A DNA stretch of 63,835 nt, the filler included, from Octopus bimaculoides (Eukaryota), in NCBI RefSeq assembly GCF_001194135.2. It is 7 parts of 7 records of this genome, joined end to end, with 100 filler letters (N's around TTAATTAATTAA, not from the genome) between each part and the next. Parts side by side here need not be neighbours in the genome. Positions count along the whole stretch, not along the records: positions 50,745 to 56,671 come from NC_069001.1; positions 56,772 to 62,137 come from NC_068988.1; positions 62,238 to 63,835 come from NC_068981.1; 4 more parts are not named here. One strand, 5' to 3'. The notes under the pieces are model-generated. The model worked only from the letters and a program-made list of their open reading frames with translations, was not told the DNA's origin and searched no databases. The position numbers and the translations under genes were made by a program. Positions 52,604 to 63,835 of the stretch are shown piece after piece (the first letter of the stretch is position 1; each line of letters begins with the position of its first letter).

Positions 52604-52733
52604 TTATCAATAAAAGATGCAAAAGACCGATTCTGTTTAAGCCACCAGGTTCTAATGACTGCAGGAATGGTCTCCAGGGCTTCTTCATACAACATGCAGG
52701 CCATGTCTTGGAGTAATTTACCAGAAGGAGGAG
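52604..52733 (-). CDS. LTN1: Listerin exon
   Basis: (A)PPSGKLLQDMACMLYEEALETIPAVIRTWWLKQNRSFASFID, similar to [22 protein letters not shown]; gtag|CT acceptor, AA|gtaagt donor. Confidence 0.95.
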
Positions 52734-52797
52734 CTACAAGGCATAAAGAATAGTCGTCAGTACCCAGGGTAGAACAACAAACAGCAATGTGTATGTA

Positions 52798-52844
<47 letters not shown>

Positions 52845-52905
52845 CTAATTGGATTAGGTGAAAGGTCAAGGAAAAAAACAGAAAAAGTGAAATGGCTTCA
52901 CTTGC

Positions 52906-53074
52906 CTGATGTGGTCAGCAGATCTCTTTTAAAGGCTGATGCAGCATTTGTTACTTCGTCTTTCCTTGGTTGATGGGTTGAAACAAGGGATTCTGGGATC
53001 AGAGAAAAGATGTCTGAGAGAAAGACATCAACAAGACTCAGATTGTCAAGGTAGCGGAGGTACTCGGCTCTCAG
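52906..53074 (-). CDS. LTN1: Listerin exon with a GC donor
   Basis: LRAEYLRYLDNLSLVDVFLSDIFSLIPE..., similar to [28 protein letters not shown]; cccag|CTG acceptor, CAG|gcaagt donor. Confidence 0.92.
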
Positions 53075-53309
53075 CTGGGAAACAGAGAAGAAAGACAACT
53101 TCTAAGTGTGAGTGCAGAAGGTGCCTGCAGTAAGACAAGAAATGGCTCACAGGTCAAACAGCTATACAGGATAGAGATCACCAGGACACCTTGGCCCCCA
53201 AATCCTTTTGCAGCTCCTACCAAATGAAACTCACCATGCAGTTCTTCCACAGGGACCTGCTCTGCCCAACACATACTCTAACCCCTGATCCCACCTCAAT
53301 CTTGTGAGC

Positions 53310-53497
53310 TGCTTATGTTCACCTCACACGTGCTGGTGGCAGGAAAAAAGCACTGAGGTCCACGCAGTAAAGTGGTTGGCCTTAGGAAGGGCATCACCAA
53401 AGCAGGCTCTGGAGCATAATGCAGTTCTTGGACCCATCGCTTCAAACTATCCAGTCCATGCCAACATGAAACAGCCTGGATGTTAAATGATGATGAT
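53310..53497 (+). mobile_element. RTE LINE 3' UTR fragment with a (GAT)n tail
   Basis: Resembles the 3' end of the element at 56062-56671; another tail fragment at 50745-50810. Confidence 0.7.
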
Positions 53498-53510
53498 CAC
53501 ACACACACAA

Positions 53511-53652
53511 GGGCTTCTTTCAGTTTCCATCTTCCAAATCCATTCCTAAAGCTTTGGTTGGTCCAAGGCTAGAGAAGAAAATACTTGCTCAAGGTGCCAC
53601 ACAGTGGGACTGAACCCCAAACCACATGATTGAGAAACAAGCTTGTTAACCA
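53511..53652 (-). mobile_element. SINE family A, 5' half, in an LTN1 intron
   Basis: Reverse complement of the family A head. Confidence 0.85.
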
Positions 53653-54264
53653 ATGCAGCCACACCTGCACCTCTTAAAGGTATCAGTGTGTGATTCAGTC
53701 AAGTGCGACAAGTGAGGAAGAGGCTGACACCAGAAACAACGATGACAACACAGGAGACGTGTCATTGTTAGTGTTGTCATACATAAGATACATCATAGCC
53801 ACCAGAAAAAGTATGGTGGCTTATAAGCATCAGCATGATACCAAAAGTTTGCCCCTGGTGTGCAAGATTCTGGTAGGGCTTCTCATGCTGGACAGGTCAA
53901 CAGATAGGGACCAGATTAATATAGATCACCTCTTTGCAGGGGTAAAAAAATGTGCTTGGATTGGGCCAACATTTCTACCTAGAAAAAAAGCAAAGTAAGA
54001 GAAGCATTGATGACAAGTCAAAATCCAGCAAGTCCCGGGAGAGGAAGGAAGGCCTGTCTTTGTGGAAATAAGGCAGAATTGGAAAAGCAGGGATCCAACT
54101 GGAAAAAAGCAGAACAGACAGCCCAGATTAAAGAACAATAGAGAAAAGTCATTGAAAAGGCTATGCTCCATGAGGAATGAAAGGGGTTATATAAATAGTC
54201 ATAGGTTCACCAGATATAGGGGGGGAAATAGCAATATAGTCAGACAGAAAAGATTAACTCTTAC

Positions 54265-54460
54265 CTCACTGGTAGCTGTTTTGATAAAATGTAGCTGAAG
54301 TTTCCAGGTGAGGAGGTACCCCAGGGTACAGTATGGTGGAACGGGTGGTTTTTCAATACTTGTACTGCTACCACTACTACTGCTGTTGCTGGCGTCCATG
54401 TGGTACTCAAGCGCCTGCCAGGATTCTAGCAGTGCTTGCATTAGAGCCTCGTTTGGTTGT
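54265..54460 (-). CDS. LTN1: Listerin exon
   Basis: (R)QPNEALMQALL...[23 protein letters not shown], similar to [24 protein letters not shown]; gcag|A acceptor, GAG|gtaag donor. Confidence 0.95.
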
Positions 54461-54769
54461 CTGCATCAACAACAAAAACAGAATTTTATTAATTAGCAGA
54501 GACATGGAGAACGAATACACACAATAAACTACACAAAACCCATGCAATCAATAAAACAGTAATGCATGATGAAGACACAACAGGCTTCTACACAGTTTCC
54601 GTCTACCAAATTCCACTGACAAGTTATTACTGAGCCTGTACCTTCATCAGAAGATTCTTGCCCAAGTTGTCCTTCAGTGGTACTGGACGTGGAATCACAA
54701 GCTCGTTCACCCCGTCAGCCAGCAGCAAAGAGGTTCTGTTGACCCAAACAGTGTCACCATTTTACTTAC

Positions 54770-54868
54770 CTTCCGCTGTTGTCGTCTTCATCCCCATCAA
54801 ATTGGGAACAGTACTGCTTCATGGCCTGCTGGTGGACGGTAGCTTTGGAGGTTTCCTCCACTCTCGTA
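54770..54868 (-). CDS. LTN1: Probable Listerin exon
   Basis: tttcag|T...TRVEETSKATVHQQAMKQYCSQFDGDEDDNSG, AG|gtaagt; phase 2 matches the next exon; acidic GDEDD is similar to YGDEEEEP. Confidence 0.75.
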
Positions 54869-55089
54869 CTGAAATGTAAAAGCAGCCTATGTGAGGGATA
54901 AGAATATGTGAGAGAGAGTGCATGGGTGCATGTGAGTGAATATGTGTCAGTGTGTGTGTGTGTGTGTGTCTGTTATCTTCTCCCCAGTGCTACAGGCTGT
55001 GATCATATCTAAAGAGAGGTTTGAACTGAAGACCCTCTCCTTTGATAGTCTCTCCTGGTCCAAGAAAGACGACCCTGTATTCCTTGCTG

Positions 55090-55338
55090 AACAATCTGTG
55101 CAGACGGTTTGTTTGTTTGTAATAATCGTATGCCTGGGCCATACCATTAGCTCACTCCTTCCATTCAAATCAATGTTACCTGAACAGGTGCACAGTGTGC
55201 CACTTGTCAAGTGTCAAAGTGATTGCAGACCAACACGAAATGGAGTGTTTTGCTCAAGAATACAATGCACCACCCAGTCCAGGGATTGAAACCGTTATCT
55301 TGTGACCAAGAGTGCAGCATTCTTGCCATCAGGCCATG
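55090..55338 (-). mobile_element. SINE family C (gcatggcctga/agtggttag head)
   Basis: tRNA-like head then gtattcttgagcaaaacac; a copy with a related head at 58458-58712 (+). Confidence 0.75.
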
Positions 55339-55927
55339 CACTCTCATATCCTGTGACATATCAAACCATTAAGCCACCAGATTACAGTCTGCTCACTGAG
55401 ACTCACTCACCCCTCTCCCCATTTCTCCTGAAACAAGAGAGTTCCAGAGGACCCTTTTGATACCAATTTGCTTGATTCTGCCCCTGGTTCTACAATATAG
55501 ACATCCTGTTTTAAAGCGATTTAAATTAAAACCTTTCATTAAAATTCCATGTTAATTTATGTTCTAAACACTATTTTAATAAAGTTATTTTACTAAATTG
55601 TTTGTTGTTATTTTCAAACCCAGTTGAAACTAAAACCGTTTATTTCAACAGAAATATGGTAACAAAAGGGTTAAAGTGATCTAAATTAAAAATTAATATT
55701 AATTTGTTTGAATGCTTAATAATGACAAAGTTATTTTACTAAATTATTATTTTCAAAGGCAGAGCATCTCAACTGACATGAGAACTAAACAGTTGAAACC
55801 CAACCTTGTTATCCGTTAATTGTCCAAGAATTCCAGTTATTTTAACCCTTGCACCAACTCAATTCCTTCGAAAGTTGATGAAATATAAAAAGGAACCAAT
55901 GAGATGACAAATATCGAGTTTACTTAC

Positions 55928-56011
55928 GAGAGTTTCTTGAATTTCTTCACACAGTCCATCTCGGCTGAAGCGGATTCTTGGGTTTCCAAACTGTGGAGTT
56001 CACCAACGATT
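55928..56011 (-). CDS. LTN1: Probable Listerin exon, the most 5' one found
   Basis: Strong pyrimidine tract and ctcag|A acceptor, TC|gtaagt donor; open phase-2/phase-2 frame IVGELHSLETQESASAEMDCVKKFKKLS. Homology is weak; support comes from splice sites and phase. Confidence 0.6.
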
Positions 56012-56061
56012 CTGAGAAGATCAAAGAAAGAAACAGAGAATCTAACAACAGGCATTTAATA

Positions 56062-56671
56062 TCATCATCATCATCATCGTTTAACGTCCGCTTTCCATGC
56101 TAGCATGGGTTGGACGATTTGACTGAGGACTGGTGAAACCGGATGGCAACACCAGGCTCCAATCTAATGTGGCAGAGTTTCTACAGCTGGATGCCCTTCC
56201 TAACGCCAACCACTCAGAGAGTGTAGTGGGTGCTTTTACGTGTCACCCGCACGAAAACGGCCACGCTCGAAATGGTGTCTTTTATGTGCCACCCGCACAA
56301 GAGCCAGTCCAGGGGCCCTGGCAACGATCTCACTTGGCTTGCCGGGTCTTCTCACGCACAGCACATTTCCAAAGGTCTCGGTCAGTAGTCATCGCCTCGG
56401 TGAGCCCCAATGTTCGAAGGTCTTGCCTCACCACCTCAGCCCAGGTCTTCCCTCAACTGTTAGGGAGTGGCACTTATTCACACAGCTATCCTCATTCATT
56501 CTCACCACATGTCCAAACCAGCGCAATCGTCTCTCTTGCACACCACTACTGATGCTTCTTATGTTCAGCTTTTCTCTCAAGATACTTACACTCTGACGGG
56601 TATGCACATTTACATTACACATCCAGCGGAGCATACTGGCTTCATTCCTTGCGAGCTTACGCATGTCCTCA
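56062..56671 (-). mobile_element. RTE LINE 3' end
   Basis: MRKLARNEASMLRWMCNVNVHTRQSVSILREKLNIRSI...QERRLRWFGHVVRMNEDSCV, then 3' UTR and a (GAT)n tail. Confidence 0.92.
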
Positions 56672-56845
56672 NNNNNNNNNNNNNNNNNNNNNNNNNNNNN
56701 NNNNNNNNNNNNNNNTTAATTAATTAANNNNNNNNNNNNNNNNNNNNNNNNNNNNNNNNNNNNNNNNNNNNTACGTACATATATACATACACACATATAT
56801 ACAAATGTATATACATGCGTACGTACATATATACATACAAATATA

Positions 56846-56945
56846 CGGTAATCCCTCGACTATCGCGGGTGTTATGTTCCACCACCACCAACCCCCGCGA
56901 TAGGTGAACCGCGATAGGTGGACCGCGATACGGCTAGGGATTAGT
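56846..56945. mobile_element. Short Tigger/pogo-type MITE
   Basis: ta-cggtaatccctcgactatcgcggg..., the same termini family as 23201-23412. Confidence 0.7.
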
Positions 56946-57032
56946 CTACTTACACACATTACATACATGCATGCATGCATACATACATACATACACGTAT
57001 ACATACATACATACACAAACATGCATCCATAC

Positions 57033-57086
<54 letters not shown>

Positions 57087-58849
57087 GGGATAGATAAACA
57101 GACAGACAGACAGACAGATAGATTTAATCTATTTTAGGGTGCACACCCACACACACACACATGTACACATACGCTTATATACCTATGCAGGCACACACAC
57201 TTATCCATACGTCCACACCCACAGACACACATTGGCATTCGACATACATTAAACACTCGGCCGTGCTAAGGAAGTCACTTCTGCTTGGTCCACTCCCTGC
57301 TAGAAGCAGCAGCTAAAATCCATCTGATAGCACGTTGTACTGTCGAAGAGATGAAAGACACTGTGGATTGTGTCACCCTAAATACACTGTCTTGTAAAAT
57401 AGGATGTGGTGGTTACGGTTGTAACGGCTTTCATCCTAAGACTGTTTGATAAAGGTGTACCTGGATAAACAGGGATTAAACGTTAGTCGTGTGATTGCAT
57501 ATATAAGTATCAATGTGTGTGTGTGTGTGTATGTAAGTATAGATAACACATTATATCATAATGCGACGGGGGAAGCGAGTTGGCAGAATTGTTAACGCGC
57601 CGGACAAAATGTTTAGCGACATTGCTACCGGCTTCAAGTTTTGAGTTCAAATTCTGCCTTTGTCGATTTACTCTTCATCCTTTCGGGGTCAATAAAATAA
57701 ATACCATTTGAGCTCTGGGGTCAGTGTAATCGACTTGACCGAACCCCTTAAAATTTCCGGCCTTGCGCCAAAATTAGATAGAATTATATTGTAATGCGAC
57801 GAATTGGCAGTGTCGTTAGAACATCGGACGAAATACCTAACAGTATTTATTCCGGTTTCTTACGTCCGGAGTTCAGATCCCGCAGATGTCATCTTTACCA
57901 TTAATTCTTCCGGGGGTCGATAAATAAAGGACCATCCTAGGACGTTGCACTCCATTTTTTCTTTGGTGAATCTGTGACGCTTGAAAACGAGGCAGACATA
58001 TTGCCTCGACTGAAAAAATTACGATTTGAGACTTTTAAGACAAAAAGGAGTTGGGAGGCTTGTTCGACACCTCGGATCATAATTATGTATTTGGGTTGAT
58101 CAAATCGATTACAGGTTCTTTATAAATAATTTGTAGTTTTGTGCCAGTGTGAGATACTATTTTGAATCAAATACAAATAAATGCCAGTTTTCTGCCATTT
58201 ACGGTTGAATGCGATTACTTTTGCAAGAGAAAGTCGTCCATATATAAGATATTTGCAGTTAGGAAGATTGCAACACCAATACTAACTGAATGGATTAGAT
58301 ACAGAAATATACCGAAAATGGCTGGAGATTTCCTTTCCTGAAGAGATTCTATTTAGAGCTGTTTACATTACTGGCATGCATCGAATTCAGTCCAGTAAGC
58401 GTTTTAGCTGCATAATATCCCACTGACTTTGGCTCTGTATTATCCTGTAAATGGAGGTGGGTGGCCTAGAGGTTAGGCTGTTTCACTCACGATCGCTAGA
58501 TCTTAGGTTCGATTCCTTGACTGGGCAGCTCGTTGTGTTCTTGAGCAAGACAATTCATTCCACATTGCTCCAGTCCCCCTTCGACCAGGGGGAATGGTTG
58601 GCCTGCTTTCCTAGCCAGCGGGATGGCGTCATTTGAAGGTTAAAACGATACAAAAGCGCATTGTGACCAGCGATGTGTGACAACATCTGATAGCCTGGTC
58701 GGTCACGTGATTATTCTACAAATGCATACACACGTCGATATTGTATACAAACAAGGATATAAACTACACATGGACATACATATGACCAACTAAATCTTCG
58801 TGAAACCATATCCAACCTTCTTAATAAAAGTCTGGAATACAATATTGGT

Positions 58850-59052
58850 TTCAAACTTTGGCACAAGGCCTGCAATTTCGGGGTGGGAAAGAGTCGACCC
58901 CAGTGCTCAAATAGTACTTCTTTTATCGACCCAGAAAGGCTGAAAGGCAAATTCAACCTCGGCGGAATTTTGAACTGAGAACGTAAAGACGGACGAAATG
59001 CCGCTTGGCATTTTCTCCGGCGTGCTAACAATTCTGCCAGTTTGCCCGCCTT
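58850..59052 (-). mobile_element. SINE family B
   Basis: Reverse complement of the family B consensus; another copy at 61428-61595 (+). Confidence 0.85.
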
Positions 59053-59989
59053 AGTCCTAAACCAATTAAGTCCGGTAGACCAGGGCAAACCCCGGACAAA
59101 GCATCAACAAAAATACAATAACAACAGCAGCAAAAGCAACAACGACAGCAACAACAACAACAACAATAATATATTGAAGCGTATGTGATTAAGGTTTTGA
59201 AGCANNNNNNNNNNNNNNNNNNNNNNNNNNNNNNNNNNNNNNNNNNNNNNNNNNNNNNNNNNNNNNNNNNNNNNNNNNNNNNNNNNNNNNNNNNNNNNNN
59301 NNNNNNNNNNNNNNNNNNNNNNNNNNNNNNNNNNNNNNNNNNNNNNNNNNNNNNNNNNNNNNNNNNNNNNNNNNNNNNNNNNNNNNNNNNNNNNNNNNNN
59401 NNNNNNNNNNNNNNNNNNNNNNNNNNNNNNNNNNNNNNNNNNNNNNNNNNNNNNNNNNNNNNNNNNNNNNNNNNNNNNNNNNNNNNNNNNNNNNNNNNNN
59501 NNNNNNNNNNNNNNNNNNNNNNNNNNNNNNNNNNNNNNNNNNNNNNNNNNNNNNNNNNNNNNNNNNNNNNNNNNNNNNNNNNNNNNNNNNNNNNNNNNNN
59601 NNNNNNNNNNNNNNNNNNNNNNNNNNNNNNNNNNNNNNNNNNNNNNNNNNNNNNNNNNNNNNNNNNNNNNNNNNNNNNNNNNNNNNNNNNNNNNNNNNNN
59701 NNNNNNNNNNNNNNNNNNNNNNNNNNNNNNNNNNNNNNNNNNNNNNNNNNNNNNNNNNNNNNNNNNTGAGAGAAAGAAAGAAAGATAGATAGAGAAAGAG
59801 TGAGAGACAGAGAGACAGCGATACAGAAAGAGAGGGGGAAAAGCATATCAAGTAACAAGTGACAATCACAGCAATATGGCCGAGGGGAAATTCCTTCGCG
59901 GAATGTTCTTCATACTAAATGCATAATTTACGTTAGAGTTGTAGTAAAGATCGACCAACTGAGATTATCGAAGCAATCACTAGGTTTAT

Positions 59990-60400
59990 TTTTTACTTGT
60001 TTCGGTCAATGCGGCCATACTGGGGCACTGCATAGAAGAGCTTTCAGTCAAACAAATCGAGTCCTAGGATTTTTTTTCCTTCTTAAAGTTGTGGTACTTA
60101 TTCTATAATTTTACTGAACTACTAGGTCACAGGGACGTAAACACACCAACGTTCGTTGTTAAGAGCTGGTAGGGGATACACACACACACACACACACGCG
60201 CATACACACACACACACACACACACGCATACACACACACACATCATGTATATATACGACGAGCTTCTTTCAGATTTCATGTGCCAAATCCTCTCACAATG
60301 TCGGCCCGGAGCTACAGTAGAAGACACTCAAGGTGCTACGCAGTAGGATTGAACCTGGGACCATGTCACTAGGAAGCAAACTTCTTACCACGGAGCCACG
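59990..60400 (-). mobile_element. SINE family A, full length
   Basis: Reverse-complement head and tail with internal (CA)n. Confidence 0.8.
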
Positions 60401-60491
60401 CCTTTTTAAGGGTTAGCAAAAATAACTACACAAATCCATGCCTAACTCAAAGGACTAATCTAATGTCACAATTCAAAGATCTCATAAATCT

Positions 60492-60591
60492 GGGAGCGAA
60501 ACGCCTTGGCACAGCCGTTTGCCACCATTGAATCGACGATGACTTATTTGACGTCAGACTTTTATTGTTTCTCTCATGCTCTTCCTTCTTC

Positions 60592-60629
<38 letters not shown>

Positions 60630-60965
60630 AGTCTCTCTCTCTCTCTCTCTCTCTCTCAGTCTCTCTCTCTGACNNNNNNNNNNTCTCTCTCTCTCTCTCT
60701 CTCTCAGTCTCTCTCTCTCTCTCTCTCTCTCTCAGTCTCTCTCTCTGACTCTCTCTCCTCCCCCTCTCTATCTATCTCTGTGCGTGTGAACATATTTCTC
60801 TTTATCTCTCACTCTCCCACTCTTTCTACCTGTCCATATATATTTCTTTGCACGTATGCTTACCTCCACTGCCAAAAAGTACTGTCGCCAAATCAGACTG
60901 AATATCCATTCAGCCTTGCCAAATCGTTAACGTCCAAACAGCGGCGCCCAATCGTCTCATTTCCC
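60492..60965. mobile_element. Non-autonomous DNA transposon with GGG...CCC ends and an 8-bp TSD
   Basis: Degenerate ~40-bp TIRs (gggagcgaaacgccttggcacagccgtttg vs reverse-complement gggaaatgagacgattgggcgccgctgtttg); flanks ataaatct / ataaattt; internal (CT)n. Confidence 0.55.
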
Positions 60966-62237
60966 ATAAATTTGTATATTGAATTTATTTTCGGTTAGAG
61001 CAAGAACTTACAGTGCCTATAACCTGATGGAACTTTTTTAACGTATCCTTGTAGTATCAATTGTTCTTCTGGATTGAAATTGCATCTTCTCGAAAGAAGC
61101 GGAATTAGACGTAAACTGGTTGATTAAGTAATTTTAATTACCTAGTGATTAACCTATCACTTCTTCCCCCAAGTACTGTTCAGTTGATGCTTCCGTAAGG
61201 AGGTTTATTATATACCGAAACATTTTCTGATTTGTCTCCATCACTTGCCGAAATGATTGAAACAAAATTAATCATTGAAATGATATTGTCTTTTCCTCAC
61301 CGCATAAGTAATCCTAAACAGATTTTAAAACTCACTTTGTATTAACTCAGTATTTGTGCAATTAACACTAATAATTAATTACTATATAATTAACACTAAA
61401 TTAATATTGTTTAATTGTTCCACATGTACGACGAGCTGGCAGAATCGTAAACATGTCGGACAAGATGCTTCTCAACTTGTCTTCCGGCTCTTTACGTTCT
61501 GAGTTCAAATCCCGGTGAGGTAAACTTTGCCTTTCATCACTTTGGGGTCGATAAAGTAAAGTACCAATCAAGTACTGGGATCAATGTAATTGATCGAAAA
61601 TTGATGGCCTAGAACCCTGCAACGGACTAGTGATCTCAGTCGCTTATACACTTTGGAAACTGAGTAACCGGCCTTGTCCTTGGTCTCAAAAAAAAAAAAA
61701 AAAGTGTTCCATGTGGTTCGTAACTACAGATCACGAATTCAAAAAGCTTTGTACTTTGACTAAAGAAGCGCACTGTAGACCTGGGCTTTATGTCTCAGAG
61801 CTTGCACAATGTCAATTTAATACATTATCGTAATCACGGGCTGACATTTAAATGTAAAATTCTGGATAAGATTGCTCGACGCGAATGAGTTTTGTATTTG
61901 GAAAATATGTTACATCATGGTACCTAGCTCATTTCCCTTCCTCTCGCTCTCTATCCCCCTCACTCTCTCTCTCTCTCTCTCTCCCGCTATATATTAATAC
62001 ACATATATATATACACCTCCAGCCCTAACCTCAATTTCCTCTCTCTGATTCATCGATGTGAAATTAGCAGTGTTATGTTTAAAAAGCTGTGTTATTAATC
62101 CTTGTTTGTCTTCCAAACTCACAGTTCCACGAGATAANNNNNNNNNNNNNNNNNNNNNNNNNNNNNNNNNNNNNNNNNNNNTTAATTAATTAANNNNNNN
62201 NNNNNNNNNNNNNNNNNNNNNNNNNNNNNNNNNNNNN

Positions 62238-62279
<42 letters not shown>

Positions 62280-62284
<5 letters not shown>

Positions 62285-62492
62285 GTGTGTGTTTGTGTGT
62301 CTGTGTTTGTCCCCCCACCGTCGCTTGACAACCCATGCTAGTGTGTTTACGTCCCCGTAACTTAGCGGTTCGGCAAAAAGAGACCGATAGAATAAGTACT
62401 AGGCTTACAAATAATAAGTCCTGGGGTCGATTTTTTCGACTAAAATGCAGTGCTCCAGCATGGCCGCAGTCAAATGACTGAAACAAGTAAAA
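62280..62492 (+). mobile_element. SINE family A, 3' half
   Basis: Tail consensus; the 5' half is lost in the gap. A separate 5' half lies at 63650-63795. Confidence 0.85.
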
Positions 62493-62494
62493 CA

Positions 62495-63566
62495 GTTGGG
62501 GAAATAAAAAGTTATCTGCACTTTCGCCAAGACTTCGTGCTGTCCATACTGCCTTCGGCACTCGCGTGCTAAAATGTTGTACCTCGACTGCACCAGTTTT
62601 CCTTCTTCTGTTATAGAGCAAATAGGGGTTGAAATTCATCGCAGGCTTTCAGTATAATACGCGCTCAACCGCGTAGAAGTGTGTATAAATGGATCAAGAA
62701 GTTTTTAAATGGTCGGACAAGCGTGAAGCACGTAGATTTAGCAGAAGATAGTTCTGGAGAACCGATGAGTGACCATCGACGAGGCGACATGTTCTCCACA
62801 AATTAGTCATGATCTTGCATGTATCCGAAATCACCCATCACGATAGGTACCAAGAGAGATTTACGAAGCGCAGTTGTATGGAGATCTGTCAACGTTTACT
62901 CGACTGCTACAACGGTAAAGGCGAAGCTTTTTGGAGAGAATATTCACAGGAGATGAGACCTGGGTCCATCACTTTGAGCCAGAATCCAAACGGTAGACAA
63001 TGGAGTGGAAATACCCGGAATCGCCAGCGAAAAAGAAATTCAAGACTCAGCTTTCCGTAGAAAAAGTGATGCTAACCGTTTTCTAGGACGCAAAAGAGCC
63101 TATACTGGAACTTTACCTAGAACCTGTTGGCCATTAAACTGAAATCAGTAATTCGTACCAAACGTTGATGTCTATTGTCCAATCAAATGTTATTGTTGCA
63201 CAACAATGCACATACTGTCGCCTACACTGTCGAAACCACTGAAAACTTGGGGTTTCGTGTTGCTTGAACACCCTGCACACAGTCCAGATCTCGTTCCTTT
63301 CGACTGTCTCCTCTTTGGGCCGCTCAAATATCCTTTATGAAGCCGTCGATTTGCTACACACGGAGTGCCTGAAGCGGTGCGTAAATGGCTGCGCGACCTG
63401 CTGAAAGCATTCTTCTCCGATGGAATAAGCAAGCATGTGGACTGCTGGAAGAAGTACATTGAAAAGCAAGGAGTCTATGTCAAAAAATGATGTAATTGTT
63501 CAACCCATGCTTTTATTTTAATAAATTACAGAAACAAAGGTGCATATAATTTTTTACTTACCCAAG
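62495..63566 (+). mobile_element. Mariner-family transposon, decayed
   Basis: Frameshifted transposase: (I)FTGDETWVHHFEPESKRQ..EWKYPESPAKKKFKTQ..VEKVMLTVF*D; HPAHSPDLVPFD..LFGPLK; TIRs ttggggaaataaaaagttatctgcac vs reverse-complement ttgggtaagtaaaaaattatatgcac. Confidence 0.9.
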
Positions 63567-63796
63567 TATCTATGTATGTATGTGTGTGAGAGAGAGAGAG
63601 AGAGAAAGGGGGGAAAAGGGAGAGAGAGAGAGAAAGAGGGAGAGAGGGAGAGTGGTAAGAAGCTTGCTTCCCAACCACATGGTTCCGGGTTCGGTCCTAC
63701 TGCGTGGCAACTTGGGCAAATGTTTTTTTACTACAGCCTCGGGCTTTGTGAGTGGATTTGGTAGACGGAAACTGAAAGAAGCCCGTCGTATAAATG

Positions 63797-63835
<39 letters not shown>

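Noticed and set aside
53690-53998. 102-aa plus-strand ORF inside an LTN1 intron
   Set aside because: No recognisable domain or supporting signals; the length is plausible by chance in this less AT-rich stretch.
54642-54735. Extra LTN1 exon (TSLLLADGVNELVIP...)
   Set aside because: It would need a 34-nt intron and ends in phase 0 while the next exon needs phase 2; direct splicing of 54770 to 54460 fits the homology.
54947-55289. ORFs of 87 and 117 aa
   Set aside because: They largely overlap a family C SINE and lack coherent splice sites or homology.
15723-62193. Six exact copies of palindromic TTAATTAATTAA, spaced like an array
   Set aside because: Each is flanked by exactly 44 N on both sides. 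It is a six-frame stop linker inserted by the assembly pipeline, not biology.

Overview
AT-rich, microsatellite-dense eukaryotic DNA from a draft assembly with many N gaps; the SINE and LINE content looks like octopus/coleoid cephalopod (inference). Two spliced genes can be built by hand. (1) On the minus strand, seven exons (56011 to 51432, ~320 aa) encode the C-terminal part of the ribosome-quality-control E3 ligase Listerin (LTN1). They include one GC-AG intron, and no RING-domain exons were found in the called sequence. (2) On the plus strand, a convergent, unrecognised three-exon gene (44287-46478) encodes a single-pass membrane protein. Its cytoplasmic tail carries SH3- and SH2-docking motifs (RRLPPVP, YPEM, YSN, YLEP) and juxtamembrane cysteines, like a transmembrane adaptor or receptor. 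The rest is mostly transposons: a near full-length decayed Penelope-like element of probable Naiad type, with a TGA at a conserved Cys of its CxCx5Cx5C finger; a long-TIR Tc1; a mariner; RTE and R4-like LINE fragments; several MITEs and foldbacks; three tRNA-type SINE families; and an ~820-bp inverted repeat. Most ORFs in the supplied track are microsatellite or gap artefacts. No rRNA, real tRNA or CRISPR array was seen.
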